From the human T2T-CHM13v2.0 reference genome, Homo sapiens, in assembly GCF_009914755.1 (NCBI RefSeq), contig NC_060930.1: a DNA stretch of 64,000 nucleotides, one strand, 5' to 3'. Every line of letters starts with the position of its first letter. Positions within the stretch are counted from its first letter, which is position 1. Positions 1 to 13,820 of the stretch are shown piece by piece. The notes beneath the pieces are model-generated. The model saw only the letters and a list, made by a program, of their open reading frames with translations. It was not told the origin of the DNA and searched no databases. The position numbers were made by a program, and so were the translations under genes.

Positions 1-54
1 AAGACGTAAGTCATTATCCAGAGATGAAGAGAAGCACCAAGTATTGTGACATAA

Positions 55-427
<373 letters not shown>

Positions 428-1479
428 ACAAAAATTTTTAAATAAGGAAAATTTTAAAATTGTCACTTCAACTTAAATGTTTCATCTATGAGAGGCTGCA
501 TAGCGCCTAAAATCTCTCATCATACTTCTTCTCCTGAAAGATGCATTTAATGCTAGAAACATTGACATATGCTACTCTTTATATCTAAAATGTTCCCTTA
601 ATATGAAAATGTATTAATATTTTAAGGCTTAATTTATACTGCTACTTCTCTGTGAAGACCTGTTTGTCTCATTTCAATTAAATATCTCTTTCTTTTCGTA
701 CCTTTATTATCTAATTATCTCTACTATTCCTAGTATTCTTAATATTTATTATACATAGGCTCTTGGGGACAGAAGGACTAGTATTCTGCATAGCTTGTAT
801 TTTGCATTATTACTGGGTTAGTATATTAAATAATTAATAGATGAGTAAATTAATATCACACATCTAAAGTCACCAGATTTTATGTTAAATAAGATATTTT
901 CTATCTGATTTAAGAAAAAAAATTGAAAGACAAATTACTGTACCTATTGGGTTTCATTAATTGGTTACAGAGTTATAAAATAACCTCAAAAAACAACATG
1001 TTTAAAATGTTACCTATATAATTAAATGTTGACCTTGTGGGACAGTAGATGAAAGTATCAATGTAATATTAATTATTTATGATGATAAAGCCTTTATGAG
1101 ACTTAAAGGAATTTCTGTAAGTCAAAGATTATAACAGTTCACATGTTATGATTTGCTATTTAGTAGTTCTATTTTCACAAATTTTCTAATAAAATTTTGT
1201 TTTATATATATGAATACAAATACATATTATTTAACAATAGATGTCTTTTTATGGGCTGATTATCACAAAAACTTAAAAGGAAATGATTATGTAAGCATGT
1301 TTACAGTCTCTTATGGAATTACTAAGTAAAAAGAGAGAGATTAAATTGTTAACTTTAAAGTTAACAATTTTAACTGGGTGAAGGGCCCATGGAATCCTCC
1401 TTTATTATTTTCTACAAGTGCATGTGAATCTACAATTATCTCTAAATGAAAAAAACCTTAATAGAAATATTTTCACACT

Positions 1480-1870
1480 TACTAAGGACTGAATTGTGTC
1501 CTTGTCAAAATTCATTTGGTGAAGTCCCAGCCCCCACCCCAATAATTCAGAAAGTAACTGTATTTTTACATAGGGCCTTTAATGATATAATTAAGGTAAA
1601 TGAGGACATGTGGGTGGGCCCTAATCCAATATGATTAGTGTCCTTATAAGTAAAGGAGATTAGGACATAGAGGCACAGAGGGAAGACCATGTGAGGACAC
1701 AAGATGGCCATTTAAAAGCCGAAAACAGAGAGGCCTATGAAGAAACAACCCTGCTGACACTTTAATCTCTAACTTCTAGTCTCCGGAAATGTGAAAATAT
1801 TAAATTTTAGTTTTTAAGCCATCCAGTACATGGCCCTTTTTTTTACGATTGTCCTAACAAATCAATATAA
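1480..1870 (+). mobile_element. MaLR solo LTR (MLT1B-like)
   Basis: Contains gaattgtgtcc, gggccctaatccaatatga, gaagaccatgtgaggacaca and tttaagccatccag. Confidence 0.8.
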
Positions 1871-1899
1871 CACTAAACAGAGCATTTTATTTTAAAATA

Positions 1900-2900
1900 C
1901 ATATAACCAAAAGTAGAAGAAAAGTCTAATAGCAAAGAAAACTATCAATGTAATTGGCCATATTAGCAGATGGAATGAGACAAAATCATGGCTCATCTTT
2001 TTGGATGCTGGAATAAATATTTAATAAAATTCCACATACTTTTGAAGATTAAATGCCAGAGCATTTGGAATGAAAGGGAAATCTCTAAATCTGACAATGG
2101 CTACTTACTAACAACCAACAACAGACATTATTTTTTTCATCATTTTTAAGGGTGAAACATTACAAATGTTTTATTTGAAAATGAGAAGCAAGAGAAGGTA
2201 GACTGCAATCAGCACATCTATTCAAAGCCATATGAAAGGACTCGGCCAGAGCAATGTGACAAGAAGAAAAAAGAAGAAAAAAAAATGATGTTTTGATTGT
2301 CTATTCAGTGCTTCCCAGCATTTTTCATTTCAGGGGAAACACAGAAATTGCTAAAGGAACCAGATCAATATCTTCCCTCACTTGTAAACCATTTGTGACA
2401 CAGCAGTATTCTGCTGCAAATGGTTGAGAACCCTGTTCTATATTGTAAATCAACATAGTGACAATCTTTCAGAAAAAGTATTCATCTAGATTGCTGAGAA
2501 AATATCAATATACAAAATAGATAAATGTCCTATATACCTTCAATAAATAATTAGAAAAGATGTTCAAGATATGTATGAAGATAATTATAAATCTTTCTTG
2601 AAATAAAAAATATCTGAATAGATATAAAGAATGGTTGAAATTTTAATATTTTATTTAAAGAAACCATTCTCCCAAAAATAATTTACAAATTCAGGAAATT
2701 TCTAATCAAAACTTACAACTTAATACACAAAAACGGAGTCAAGAATGGCCAAGACAATTCTGTAGCAAGCATAAAGGGAAAGCAGGTTTTAACAGGTATG
2801 TAAAGTAAAAATTAGAAATCTACAGTAAGTAATAAAGTATAGTATTTTGGTGTAAGCTGGCTGATTGGTAGCAGAATAGAAAGTCTGTATATAAAAGGAA
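1900..2900 (+). mobile_element. Old L1M ORF2 fragments, with a possible small hAT MITE at ~2306-2435
   Basis: Degenerate L1 ORF2-like tracts; cagtgcttccca...ggttgagaaccctg resembles Charlie/MER5-type ends. Confidence 0.5.
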
Positions 2901-3659
2901 AACTTAATTTATTATGTTTCTCTTTTTCTTTATACTACAGAAAATGTTGCAGATGATTCCACTGAATTTATGCAACTCTGCTGTTTTACTAAAATGGCTC
3001 ATAATGTGAAATTTATTTCAAAATAATAAAGCAATATCCTAACAACTGCAGTTATGGGTGTGCTCAGTGTCAAAAATTAATTACAGGATTAAAGAGAGAA
3101 AAACATATATTAGTGTTTTTTAATGGTAACATGAGATTAAAAGCTGTTTTCTATTAGGATACTTGCAAATTCATGCATGAACATTAACTCTTAGATGATA
3201 GTTGAAATATAGAAAGAAAAAGGGAATTTTGGGATTTCTTCAGTATGCAGTTTTTTCATGGAAATCAGTTTCTTTCATTGTTATCGCCACAATTATAATG
3301 GGAAATTGAGAAAATAAAGATACTAATTTAGATTGGTTACCATATGATATTTAAGTACAGAACTTACTTTACCCACATAATAACATATGGACATGTTAAT
3401 ATAACTTAAAATTTTAAAGAGTACTTCATGTATGCTTCTTTAAGAACTGTATAGAAGAATCTTCTTTAAGAAACTTGGCATCCAAAACTGTTACAAAAAT
3501 ATTTTCAAGTGGGGAAGATTCATTTTTATTCCTATTATAATGGCTTAGAGATTTTGATATCTCCTTTATGCAAACGTTTGATAAAACAGTCTCTGGCATT
3601 ATGCTTTTTGTCACTTTCAAACACCTCCAAATTTAAACATTCATATTTTGGGTTTTATT

Positions 3660-5549
3660 TCAGTTTTTCTTTTTTTCAATTATACTTTAAGTTCTAGGGT
3701 ACATATGCACAACGTGCAGGTTTGTTACATATGTAAACATGTGCCATGTTGGTGTGCTGCACCCATTAACTCATCATTTACATTAGGTATATCTCCTAAT
3801 GCTATCCCTCTCCCCTCCCCCCACCCCACGACAGGCCTCAGTGTGTGATGTTCCCTGCCCTGTGTCCAAGTGTTCTTATTGTTCAATTCCCACCTACGAG
3901 TGAGAACATGTAGTGTTTGGTTTTTTGTCTTTGCAATAGTTTGCTGAGAATGATGGTTTCCAGCTTCATCCATGTCCCTACAAAGGACATGAACTCATCC
4001 TTTCTTATGGCTGCATAGTATTCCATGGTGTATATGTGCCACATTTTCTTAATCCAGTCTATCATTGATGGACATTTGGGTTGGTTCCAAGTCTTTGCTA
4101 TTGTGAATAGTGCGGCAATAAACATACGTGTGCATGTGTCTTTATAGCAGCATGATTTATAATCCTTTGGGTATATACCCAGTAACGGGATGGCTGGGTC
4201 AAATGGTATTTCTAATTCTAGATCCTTGAGGAATCGCCATACTGTCTTCTACAATGGTTGAACTAGTTTACAGTCCCACCAACAGTGTAAAAGTGTTCCT
4301 ATTTCTCCACATCCTCTCTAGCACCTGTTGTTTCCTGACTTTTTAATGATCGCCATTCTAACTGGTGTGAGATGCTATCTCATTGTGGTTTTGATTTGCA
4401 TTTCTCTGATGGCCAGTGATGATGAGCATTTTTTTCATGTGTCTGTTGGCTGCATAAATGTTTTCTTTTGAGAAGTGTCTGTTCATATCCTTTGCCCACT
4501 TTTTGATGGGGTTGTTTTTTTCTTGTAAGTTTGTTTCAGTTCTTTGTAGATTCTGGATATTAGCCCTTTGTCAGATGAGTAGATTGCAAAAATTTTCTCC
4601 CATTTTCTAGGTTGCCTGTTCACTCTGATGGTAGTTTCTTTTGCTGTGCAGAAGCTCTTTAGTTTAATTAGATCCCATTTGTCAATTTTGGCTTTTGTTA
4701 CCATTGCTTTTGGTGATTTAGACATGAAGTCCTTGTCCATGCCTATGTCCTGAATGGTACTGCCTAGGTTTTCTTCTAGGGTTTTTATGGTTTTAGGTCT
4801 AACATTTAAGTCTTTAATCCATCTTGAATTAATTTTTGTATAAGGTGTAAGGAAGGGATCCAGTTTCAGCTTTCCACATATGGCTAGCCAGTTTTCCCTG
4901 CACCATTTATTAAATAGGGAATCATTTTCCCATTTCTTGTTTTTGTCAGGTTTGTCAAATTCAGATGGTTGTAGATGTGTGGTATTATTTCTGAGGGCTG
5001 TGTTCTGTTCCATTGGTCTATATCTCTGTTTTGGTAACAGTACCAAGCTGTTTTGGTTACTGTAGCCTTGCAGTATAGTCAGGTAGAGTGATATCTCCAG
5101 CTTTGTTCTTTTGGCTTAGGATTGACTTGGCAATGCAGGCTCTTTTTTGGTTCCATATGAACTTTAAAGTAGTTTTTTTCCAATTCTGTGGAGAAACTCA
5201 TTGGTAGCTTGATGGGGATGGTATTGAGTCTTTAAATTACCTTGGGCAGCATGGCCATTTTTCATGATATTGATTCGTCCTATCCATGAGCATGGAATGT
5301 TCTTCCATTTGTTTGTGTCCTCTTTTATTTCGTTGAGCACTGGTTTGTAGTTCTCCTTGAAGAGGTCCTCCACATCCCTTGTAAGTTGGATTCCTAGGTA
5401 TTTTATTCTCTTTGAAGCAATTGTGAATGGGAGTTCACTCATGATTTGGCTCTCTGTTTTTCTGTTATTGGTGTATAAGAATGCTTATGACTTTTGCACA
5501 TTGATTTTGTATCCTGAGACTTTGCTGAAGTTGCTTATCAGGTTAAGGA
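3660..5549 (-). mobile_element. 5'-truncated L1PA (L1PA4-5-like): ORF2 C-terminus and 3'UTR
   Basis: ORF2 peptides [15 protein letters not shown]..., [19 protein letters not shown] and MFIAALFTIAKTWNQPKCP; antisense 3'UTR begins ttatactttaagttctaggg. No clear TSD. Confidence 0.95.
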
Positions 5550-6645
5550 CATTTGCTCTTATGTGTGTCCTCACAATTTCAACCCCAATCATGCCCAGTT
5601 CTCATTCCTGTATTTCAATTTAATTAAACTCAACAAACATTCATAGACATAAAACTATAACATGAAAAGTACTGTAATGGATCTATCTTTAAACAGCAGC
5701 TGATAAAAGACAAATGAGTGAACAGTTCATAATGGCCAGATGAAACCAAAGATAAAAGGTGACAGTGGAGGGCAAATAAGTGCTTGTCAAGCAGACTAGG
5801 AGGAGGAGGTGTTTCAGACAAATAAAACAGCATTGGAAAGGTTAAACAGCTGTTTTAGTGCATAGAGTTTTCAGAGAAAAAATTAAGTGATTCAAAAAGG
5901 ATAAATCACATAATTGTGAAAGTCAATGGAACAAATGGATAAATACAGATGAGCTTAAAATAAAGGTGAAGTTAAAGTTGCAGTGGCTTTTTAAGCAATT
6001 GTTCAAGCATGCATTTTACTCTATACCAGTGATACGTAAACAATGCTCACTGGACAGGGCCTTCTATGCATAAATAGTTCCAAGATGAACAGGAGTGAGA
6101 AACATTTGATAGATTCAATACCATATGTCTACTTGAAACTGTCTTGAAAACTTACAATGCATGTTAGTTTATAAACAACCTTCAATAAAAAAAAAAAAAT
6201 TAAAACCCCAAAAACAAAACCAAAAACCCCCTTGACTTTAATTTAATACATTTTCTAAATTTTATGAAAATGAAAATTTTCCTCATTTGGAAGACCCATT
6301 ATAATATCAAGAAAAAAATCCCAGAGAATAGAGTTTGAGAAACATATTAATAGGACGTGCAAGCTGGTGATATCTTTTACTTTACTGCTCACAAGTAATT
6401 TTTGCTTGTCTTTAATGAGTCTTCCCCACATTTCCTCCATAAACATCCTCATAAAGCTGACCATGTAAAGCTAATTTTTTTTGTACTCACACCATATACT
6501 TCTACACTGGAAGGTGTTTGGGATGTAGCATATAGTATCGTTGAGAAATTTTTTTGATATGGCTAATAACATTAATTTATATTAATGTCTGCTTCACCAG
6601 GAATACAGTTTTAGTAACCTGACTTAATTCCTTTGTGTAGAAAAA

Positions 6646-6820
6646 AAATATGTGTATATATATATATATATATTTATATTATATATTTATATTATATATG
6701 TTTATGTATAATATATATATAAACAGTATATATATAAAAAACAGTGTCTGTATATGTATATAAATATATATATTTAAACAGTGTATATATATATCTATAT
6801 ATATTAAACTGTGTGTGTGT
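6646..6820. repeat. Degenerate (TA)n/(TG)n microsatellite
   Basis: Seen directly. Confidence 0.9.
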
Positions 6821-7470
6821 TTGGCACATCATAGGAACTAAATATATGCTTCAGAAAAATAATAAGATTAATTAATTAAACTCATTAATGACTTGATTTG
6901 TCATGTTTTGTGAATCATGGAGCAATAAGAAATGTGTGTATTTTGCTGATAATATTTTTTGCTACAAACCATTTTTATTAGTATTTATTTTCAATGTTTA
7001 ATATCAACATAGCATAATACTAAATTTTATGAAATTCACTCATTGCACATTATGTCTCTTCAGGATTTAAATTTTTATATTTTGTATCATCTCAATATTT
7101 ATATTTTTAAGAACTTTTACTTTTTAATATTTTTGCACTATATTTTGACACTATATGTGTTAGTTTTAGATCTGTTCTATTTACGAATGTTCATGAACAG
7201 ATTTTCCCATTTTCTAAAACTCTTATTTGAAAATGCATTATGAAAGAATTGTATTTTAGAAATCATGACTCCTCTGATATGGAATGACAAAATCTTTCCA
7301 GGACTTATAAAAAATTCACTAAACAGTTAGGTCTTTCAGCTGTTCTATGTGTTGACAGACGGTTGCAGATCAAAACTGTGCATCAAAAAGATTATGTTAA
7401 TATAATTACAGTGGAAAATATTCTGAGGAACACAGGAACTTTTCCTTAGCACCATTTAAATGTGCTAAGG

Positions 7471-7530
7471 AAATAGGTAAAGTAAGCAAAGTCAACCTAC
7501 AAAATAGGTAAAGTAAGCAAAGTCAACCTA
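7471..7530. repeat. 29-bp direct duplication, period 31
   Basis: aaataggtaaagtaagcaaagtcaaccta at 7471-7499 and 7502-7530. Confidence 0.95.
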
Positions 7531-7537
7531 AAAACAC

Positions 7538-7650
7538 AGAACTGTAGAACTTGAAGGGACTAAATATATATCTACTTCAAATTCTCCTGCTTTCAGAGGA
7601 GGACACTGAGAACCAGAGAAATGAATTGACCTTTGCAAGGACATTCAGAA
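7538..7650 (-). mobile_element. MIR fragment
   Basis: gaggaggacactgagaaccagagaaatgaattgacctttgcaagg resembles the MIR core. Confidence 0.6.
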
Positions 7651-8281
7651 GTACTATTTTCTAAATCCTGCTCAGACATATCAAGGAATGACACAGGAAG
7701 TTCAAGGCCAAAGTCATATCTGAAGCCGTTAAATTTGCTTGCTTGAAAAACTAAATGTCATTTCTTCATAGAGGCCTTCTGGAGATCTTTTTCTTTTTTG
7801 TGACATGATTCATTCCCAAAAATATGACTGTACTGTAACTGAAAGCCTGGTTTATTTACTTCATACACCCCGTTAGAATTTATAGTAATTTTATTTAAAT
7901 TGTGTTGCTTTTAGACCATTGAATTATTTGTGTTTTCTTCTTTAAAAAATATGACTATAATTTTTCTAATAATTAGAGTTCTTCATATATGAAAATTTCT
8001 AGCTCAGCATTTCTTAGTGACTCCTGAAATACCTGATGCTTTATTTCCTATCTAAATATCTATATCTTATAGTCAATATTCAGTACTTGGTCTCACCTCA
8101 GGACTATTGATTTTGATTATTGGGTTTGAATTATATGGGCTTAGAATTCTAAATTTTGAATATTCTTATGCATTCTAAAGTTTAAGAACTTAGAAATTTT
8201 ATTATTTATTTTATGGTAAGGCAATTTTATTACTTCATACTGCTGTAAACTACTGTTTTTCATAAATTTTAAAAATGAATA

Positions 8282-8599
<318 letters not shown>

Positions 8600-9595
8600 T
8601 ATATAGACACACACACATGCATATGTGTATATGTACATATATACATACATATACACATACATATGTACATATATACATACATATACACATACATGTGTAC
8701 ATATATGTATATATACATGCACATACATATGTACATATATGTATATACATATATACATGCACATACATATGTACATATATGTATATATACATATGTGCGT
8801 ATATGTATATATGTACACATATCTGTAAATATACACACATATATACACAGACATACGGGAGCATGCATATATGTGATATGTATGTGTCTATACATACATG
8901 CATATGCATATACATATATGTGGATCATATATGTACACATCATACATATATGTACACATCATACACATATATGAGCACATATGTGCACATCATATACATA
9001 TGTGCGCACATATATGTATGCATCATATACACATGTATGTGAACATATAGACATATGTGTATACATATATGCAAACATATAGACATGTATGCATGCATAT
9101 ATGCATACATGTGTGTACACATATAGACATATATGCATACATGTATGTACACATATAGACATATATGCATACATGTATGTACACATATAGACATATATGC
9201 ATACATGTATGTACACATATAGACATATATGTACATATATGTACACATATAGCCATATGTACATATACGCCATACACATGCACATATATACACATATGCG
9301 CATATACTTATATGTATAGACACATGTATGTATATACATATACTTATGGACACATGATACGCATACATGTATACACACATGTGTATATACACATATACAT
9401 ATACATCATATACACATATACACACATATAAACATGTGTAGAGGCACATATATGTGTTTATACACATATACGTATACATCATATACACACATACACATAT
9501 ATACACATATGTGCATATACACATATATACACATACGTGCATATACACATATATTCATATATAGTTACATATACATTATGTACACATATATGTAG
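8600..9595. repeat. ~1 kb degenerate alternating purine-pyrimidine (TA/CA/TG) array with 32-bp and 40-bp sub-repeats
   Basis: 32-mer gtacacatatagacatatatgcatacatgtat starts at 9115, 9147, 9179 and partially at 9211; a 40-mer starts at 8711 and 8751. This array produces the many M/Y/I/C/V/H ORFs. Confidence 0.95.
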
Positions 9596-10269
9596 TAATA
9601 TTCCCTTACTGTTAAGAATATTAATCAAATATAAGTCTAAATTAAATGAAAAAAATCTAAGTTAATCCTCATGTTAGTTCCTATACCTTTTTCTTTATAT
9701 CCATAAGATCAGAAGAACACTTTAAATAATTAACCTAAGCTGGATGGAACAAGTAATAATAATAGTAATAATAGACTTTAATAATAATTATTAAAGCATG
9801 GTTCAATGGTTAAAAGTAAGGTCCCTGTGTCTGTGTCTGAAATCTAAAGACTGCAGTTTTATTAGAAGGACATTAATTATATGCATATTACTGAAAATTG
9901 CTGTCAAGGAAACAGAGTAGTCAATTTCCTTAACCCACATATTCCCATTGTACACTAGAGTCACTATTCTTCAATATAGTCTCAAAATATATATTTTTAC
10001 TAATTTCAGGCACTATTTTTTAAAAGCTTATCTTCAATAAATCTTCCCATACTAAATTTTGGCTTTGTGGATTCTAAAGACAACAACACAGTGCTAACTT
10101 TTGACTTTAAACAAGTACAGGATGGGACTCAAAGTCTTCTAGTTTAAAGTTGATGTAATTGATTTATTCTCCCCTCCTTCACAAGAAAGTTTATATAAAA
10201 AGAACATAAACAAGTGGTGCTTACTTTGCCACAAGGCCTACTAATACAGGGAGACCAGGATGCTGGGCA

Positions 10270-10420
10270 GCTTAGCGGAAAGGTCAGTCTTTGGAGAGGG
10301 TTGGATTGTAATCCTTTAAGGCACCTATAAACTATGTGACTTTAGGCCAATTATAAAGTATTTCTAATCCTCCTTTTAAATATTGGGTTTTGTTGTTCTA
10401 TAAAATAAAAAGAATAATAC
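10270..10420 (+). mobile_element. MIR fragment
   Basis: actatgtgactttaggccaatta resembles the MIR core. Confidence 0.5.
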
Positions 10421-12789
10421 CAGGTAAACATTCTGCTAGGCAGTCTACCTTAGGTCTTCTATGTTAGGAGCTTCTATTCTAGCCAAGATTAACATTTAGT
10501 ATAAATATTATTAGTTGCAATTATGACATTTTCTGCTATAGAGCCTAACAGGTCATCTTTACAAATTCCTTTATTTCACAGAAAAGTAATGAACTATATC
10601 AACTATTTGATTATATTTATACTTAGATGCTAGAAGCAGGACCAATATATTGCGCTTCCATTTCTCAATGATGTATTCAATTAATTCATGCTTTTTCAGT
10701 CTTCACTAGCTTGTTACCTGTCTACACCTAAGACCTTATCTTGTTTCTATTTTAACATCCAAATACTTTATGCATAGCATTTGTTTCTCGATTAATCTGA
10801 CAAAAGATCTCTAGAATAAATGCTGCATTAACAAATGAAAGTGAATTTAATGCCTGCCAAGTTAGTACCTGAAAAAAAAAAAGGTCTTTTAAACTCCTTG
10901 GATAGTTTTGATTGTTAATGTTTTGATAATTATTTTTATGGTTATTTAAGTGTTCCTAGTATGACAAGCCAAAGGTCTAGGTTCATCAATCCACCATGAT
11001 TGAATATTTCTTATAACTTTTTGTACTAGGTGGAAAATGATCACTTTTATTAATCCTGTGTACTGATCACATAAAAATAGCTAAGGCTTGCTTTGCTCAG
11101 GCCTATAGTTTAACTTAATTTATTAGGGAAGTATAATAGTATTCATCTTTAACAACTAAACTATAAAGTTCTCCTAAGAGAAAATCAGAGCAATAAATAT
11201 TTTGAATAAAATTTTACCACTTTTTTTTAAACAAAAAAGCATAAAATTAAATTTGCCTGCTAATTTATATTTTAACTTGTTAAACTTGTAGCCCTTTTTG
11301 GATCTAATGATTTCCTCCTTCATGTGATTTTAGGTTTATTCAAACTTACTTTTGATTATGAAAAAATTTACCTGACAGCCAAAGCATACATTCAAACAGA
11401 TAGCAAAATCATTGGTTAATAAGATGTGTACTAAGACACAGTCTCAACAGTGCAGAAATAAACCAAAAAGGTATTCTTTTAAAATATTTGCCTTTATATA
11501 GAAATAATATATCATGTTTTCATATTTAACCGTCATGGAAAATCTTGAATTCAGTTCTACTTTATTGATGTTCTCTGAACTTCCTTTTTAAGAGTTAATA
11601 TTTTAGAAACAAGTTAATATGTACTGAATGTTTAAATTCCTAAACTATTTGTTTCCATAATTTTATGATATATAATTTTCCACATAAAATTTCCCAATTA
11701 GCTTATAATATCAATAAGATTCATGTTTACTACTCATAATTTAGGAGAAATAAAATTTGAACTAAAAGTAGTAGAGTTTGAAAATTTTCATAGTATAAAT
11801 AACATGGTTTTAACCCAGAGGTTTTTTTAATCAATCATAGCGAAATATTTTCAAAAACTCAGTGACTTTGCCTAATGTCAATTAGTGGACCCAATTGATC
11901 ACTTGTTTTATCATATATGTAGCAAATTTATAGTTTATCATTTGTCCAAAGGGTGTTAAGACACAAGAGATAATACATCAATATTGAGTAATAAACACAG
12001 AAACAGTAGTTTTAGAAAAAACAATAAAATGTTAATACTTTTAATGAAGCCATTAATTTTTTTGGCAAAATCACCTTCAATAATTATAGCTAATTAATAC
12101 TTTTTCATCAAGTAAAATTTTACCAGATAGTGTGTTTAAACTATATTAACTTCAAAGAGAAAACTGTCAGAACTAAAAGTATTTTTAAGCCTGAAAGTTT
12201 AAATGATATAAATGTTTTTAAATGCTTTGATTTGAAGAGGTACAATCCTCTGTTTTCATGACTTTGATTCATTGCTGTGTACACAGAATTAAACTCAAGA
12301 TAATACTGAGAGTTGTGCTAGCTGTTAAGTTCACAGTGATTAATGGCAAGACAAGATATCAGGCATCTAAGAGTTGAGAAAGTATTAACTTGAGAGAAAG
12401 CTGAAAAAGCCAGAGGGAAATAAGTCACAGTAACGAAAAGCAAAGAAAAAGCAAAACATTGTTCTTGATTGTACTTTGATACATTCCTGAATTCATCCTA
12501 AATTGTCAAAAGACATGTTAAAGCAGTGTTCATGGGATCTAAATCTAAACTGGCCTATGAAATAAATAACTAATATATTATTACATAAAAATTAAGAAAC
12601 ATAAAATATTACAAGCAAATTTTCTGTTTTTGAGTACAAAATGTAAGAAATATTAATTCTTAAAACTTTATGAGAAAAACAGAAGGCACAGAAAAAAAGC
12701 CATTCTAATAATTTATACAGTTTTCATATAATATTAGTTATCAATTATTAAAGACTTCTCACATAACAGACATCGTCTTAGATGATTGT

Positions 12790-13070
12790 ATAGCCTATCT
12801 TAATCCTCATAACATAATCACCAGTATGTGAGAGGAAGTGTCTCCTTTTAAATTTTATATATTTTGTAAGCTAAAATTCAGAAAGATTCAGTACTTTTTT
12901 AAAGGTTGCACAGAAGTAAGACTTTAAATACAGTTCAGATCAGTAATTAAACTTTGTTTTATTCATTTGCTTAATCATTTGTCTTCCCCAATGTTGCAAT
13001 ATTTGTGAGGGTAGGTACCAATATTGGCTTTTCTACTTCTAATTTCCAGCAATTTTCACAGAACCTGACT
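12790..13070. mobile_element. MIR followed by an L2 3' fragment
   Basis: taatcctcataac...aaggttgcacag (MIR); gtgagggtaggtac...ttccagcaattttcacagaacctgac (L2 end). Confidence 0.5.
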
Positions 13071-13185
13071 CTCTTTCTTTCTCTCTCTGTGTGTGTGTAT
13101 ATATATGTGTGTGTATATATATATATATAAATATATGTATATAATTATATATATAAATATATGTATATAATTATATACATAATTA
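13069..13185. repeat. Compound (CT)(GT)(TA) microsatellite
   Basis: Seen directly. Confidence 0.85.
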
Positions 13186-13559
13186 GAATTATAAATTTAC
13201 TGTACTGAGTCATAAATCTTTCATAATTTTTTTAGTGTATATGTGTGATATTTCTTTCAAAACAAGAGCACTTTCCCAGATCAAACATTGTAACATGTAT
13301 TTCTATGTATTTATTTTTTTGCATAGATTTACTCACTTTTTCATGTGCTCTTTGTATTTTTTTATTTGACATTAATTGGGCACTTAATGAACACATAGAT
13401 TTCAATGTGCTAGAGTCTCCATATGTAAAGATGAATAAGAACTGATTCATTGTCTGAAGGCAGCAGCATGCAAACAACATTAAATCAGACAAACAGGTGC
13501 ACACATTGTATTAGTGGAATGGTTTGTGTTTTGCAGATGCAGAGAGATAAATAACTAAT

Positions 13560-13820
13560 GAATCATGAGGGAGCTAGGGAACACTTTGCTAAGGAAGCCA
13601 CCTGTGGGCTGAAACTGGGAAAAGTAGTTAGTTGTCTAGCTTCATGTTGGCAGAGAATGGAAGAAAGGAAAAGCATTTCAGGAAAAGGAAACAATGTACA
13701 AAGACCCAGGTTAAAGAAGATAGGATGCTCAGTTTGCCTGTGATGTAGTGTGTGAATTAGAATGAAATGAATGTAAGCTAGCAGAAATACAGTCAAGTCA
13801 GATTACGATGAAGTGTTGTT
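13560..13820 (-). mobile_element. L2 fragment
   Basis: ggaaaagcatttcaggaaaaggaaacaatgtacaaagaccc is a typical L2 tract. Confidence 0.55.

Noticed and set aside
3630-5570. Target-site duplication of the first L1PA
   Set aside because: No convincing match between the flanks; it may be decayed or lost by a target-site deletion.
9115-9230. Regular 32-bp repeats as a CRISPR-like array
   Set aside because: No unique spacers, no cas genes and a eukaryotic context; this is a minisatellite.
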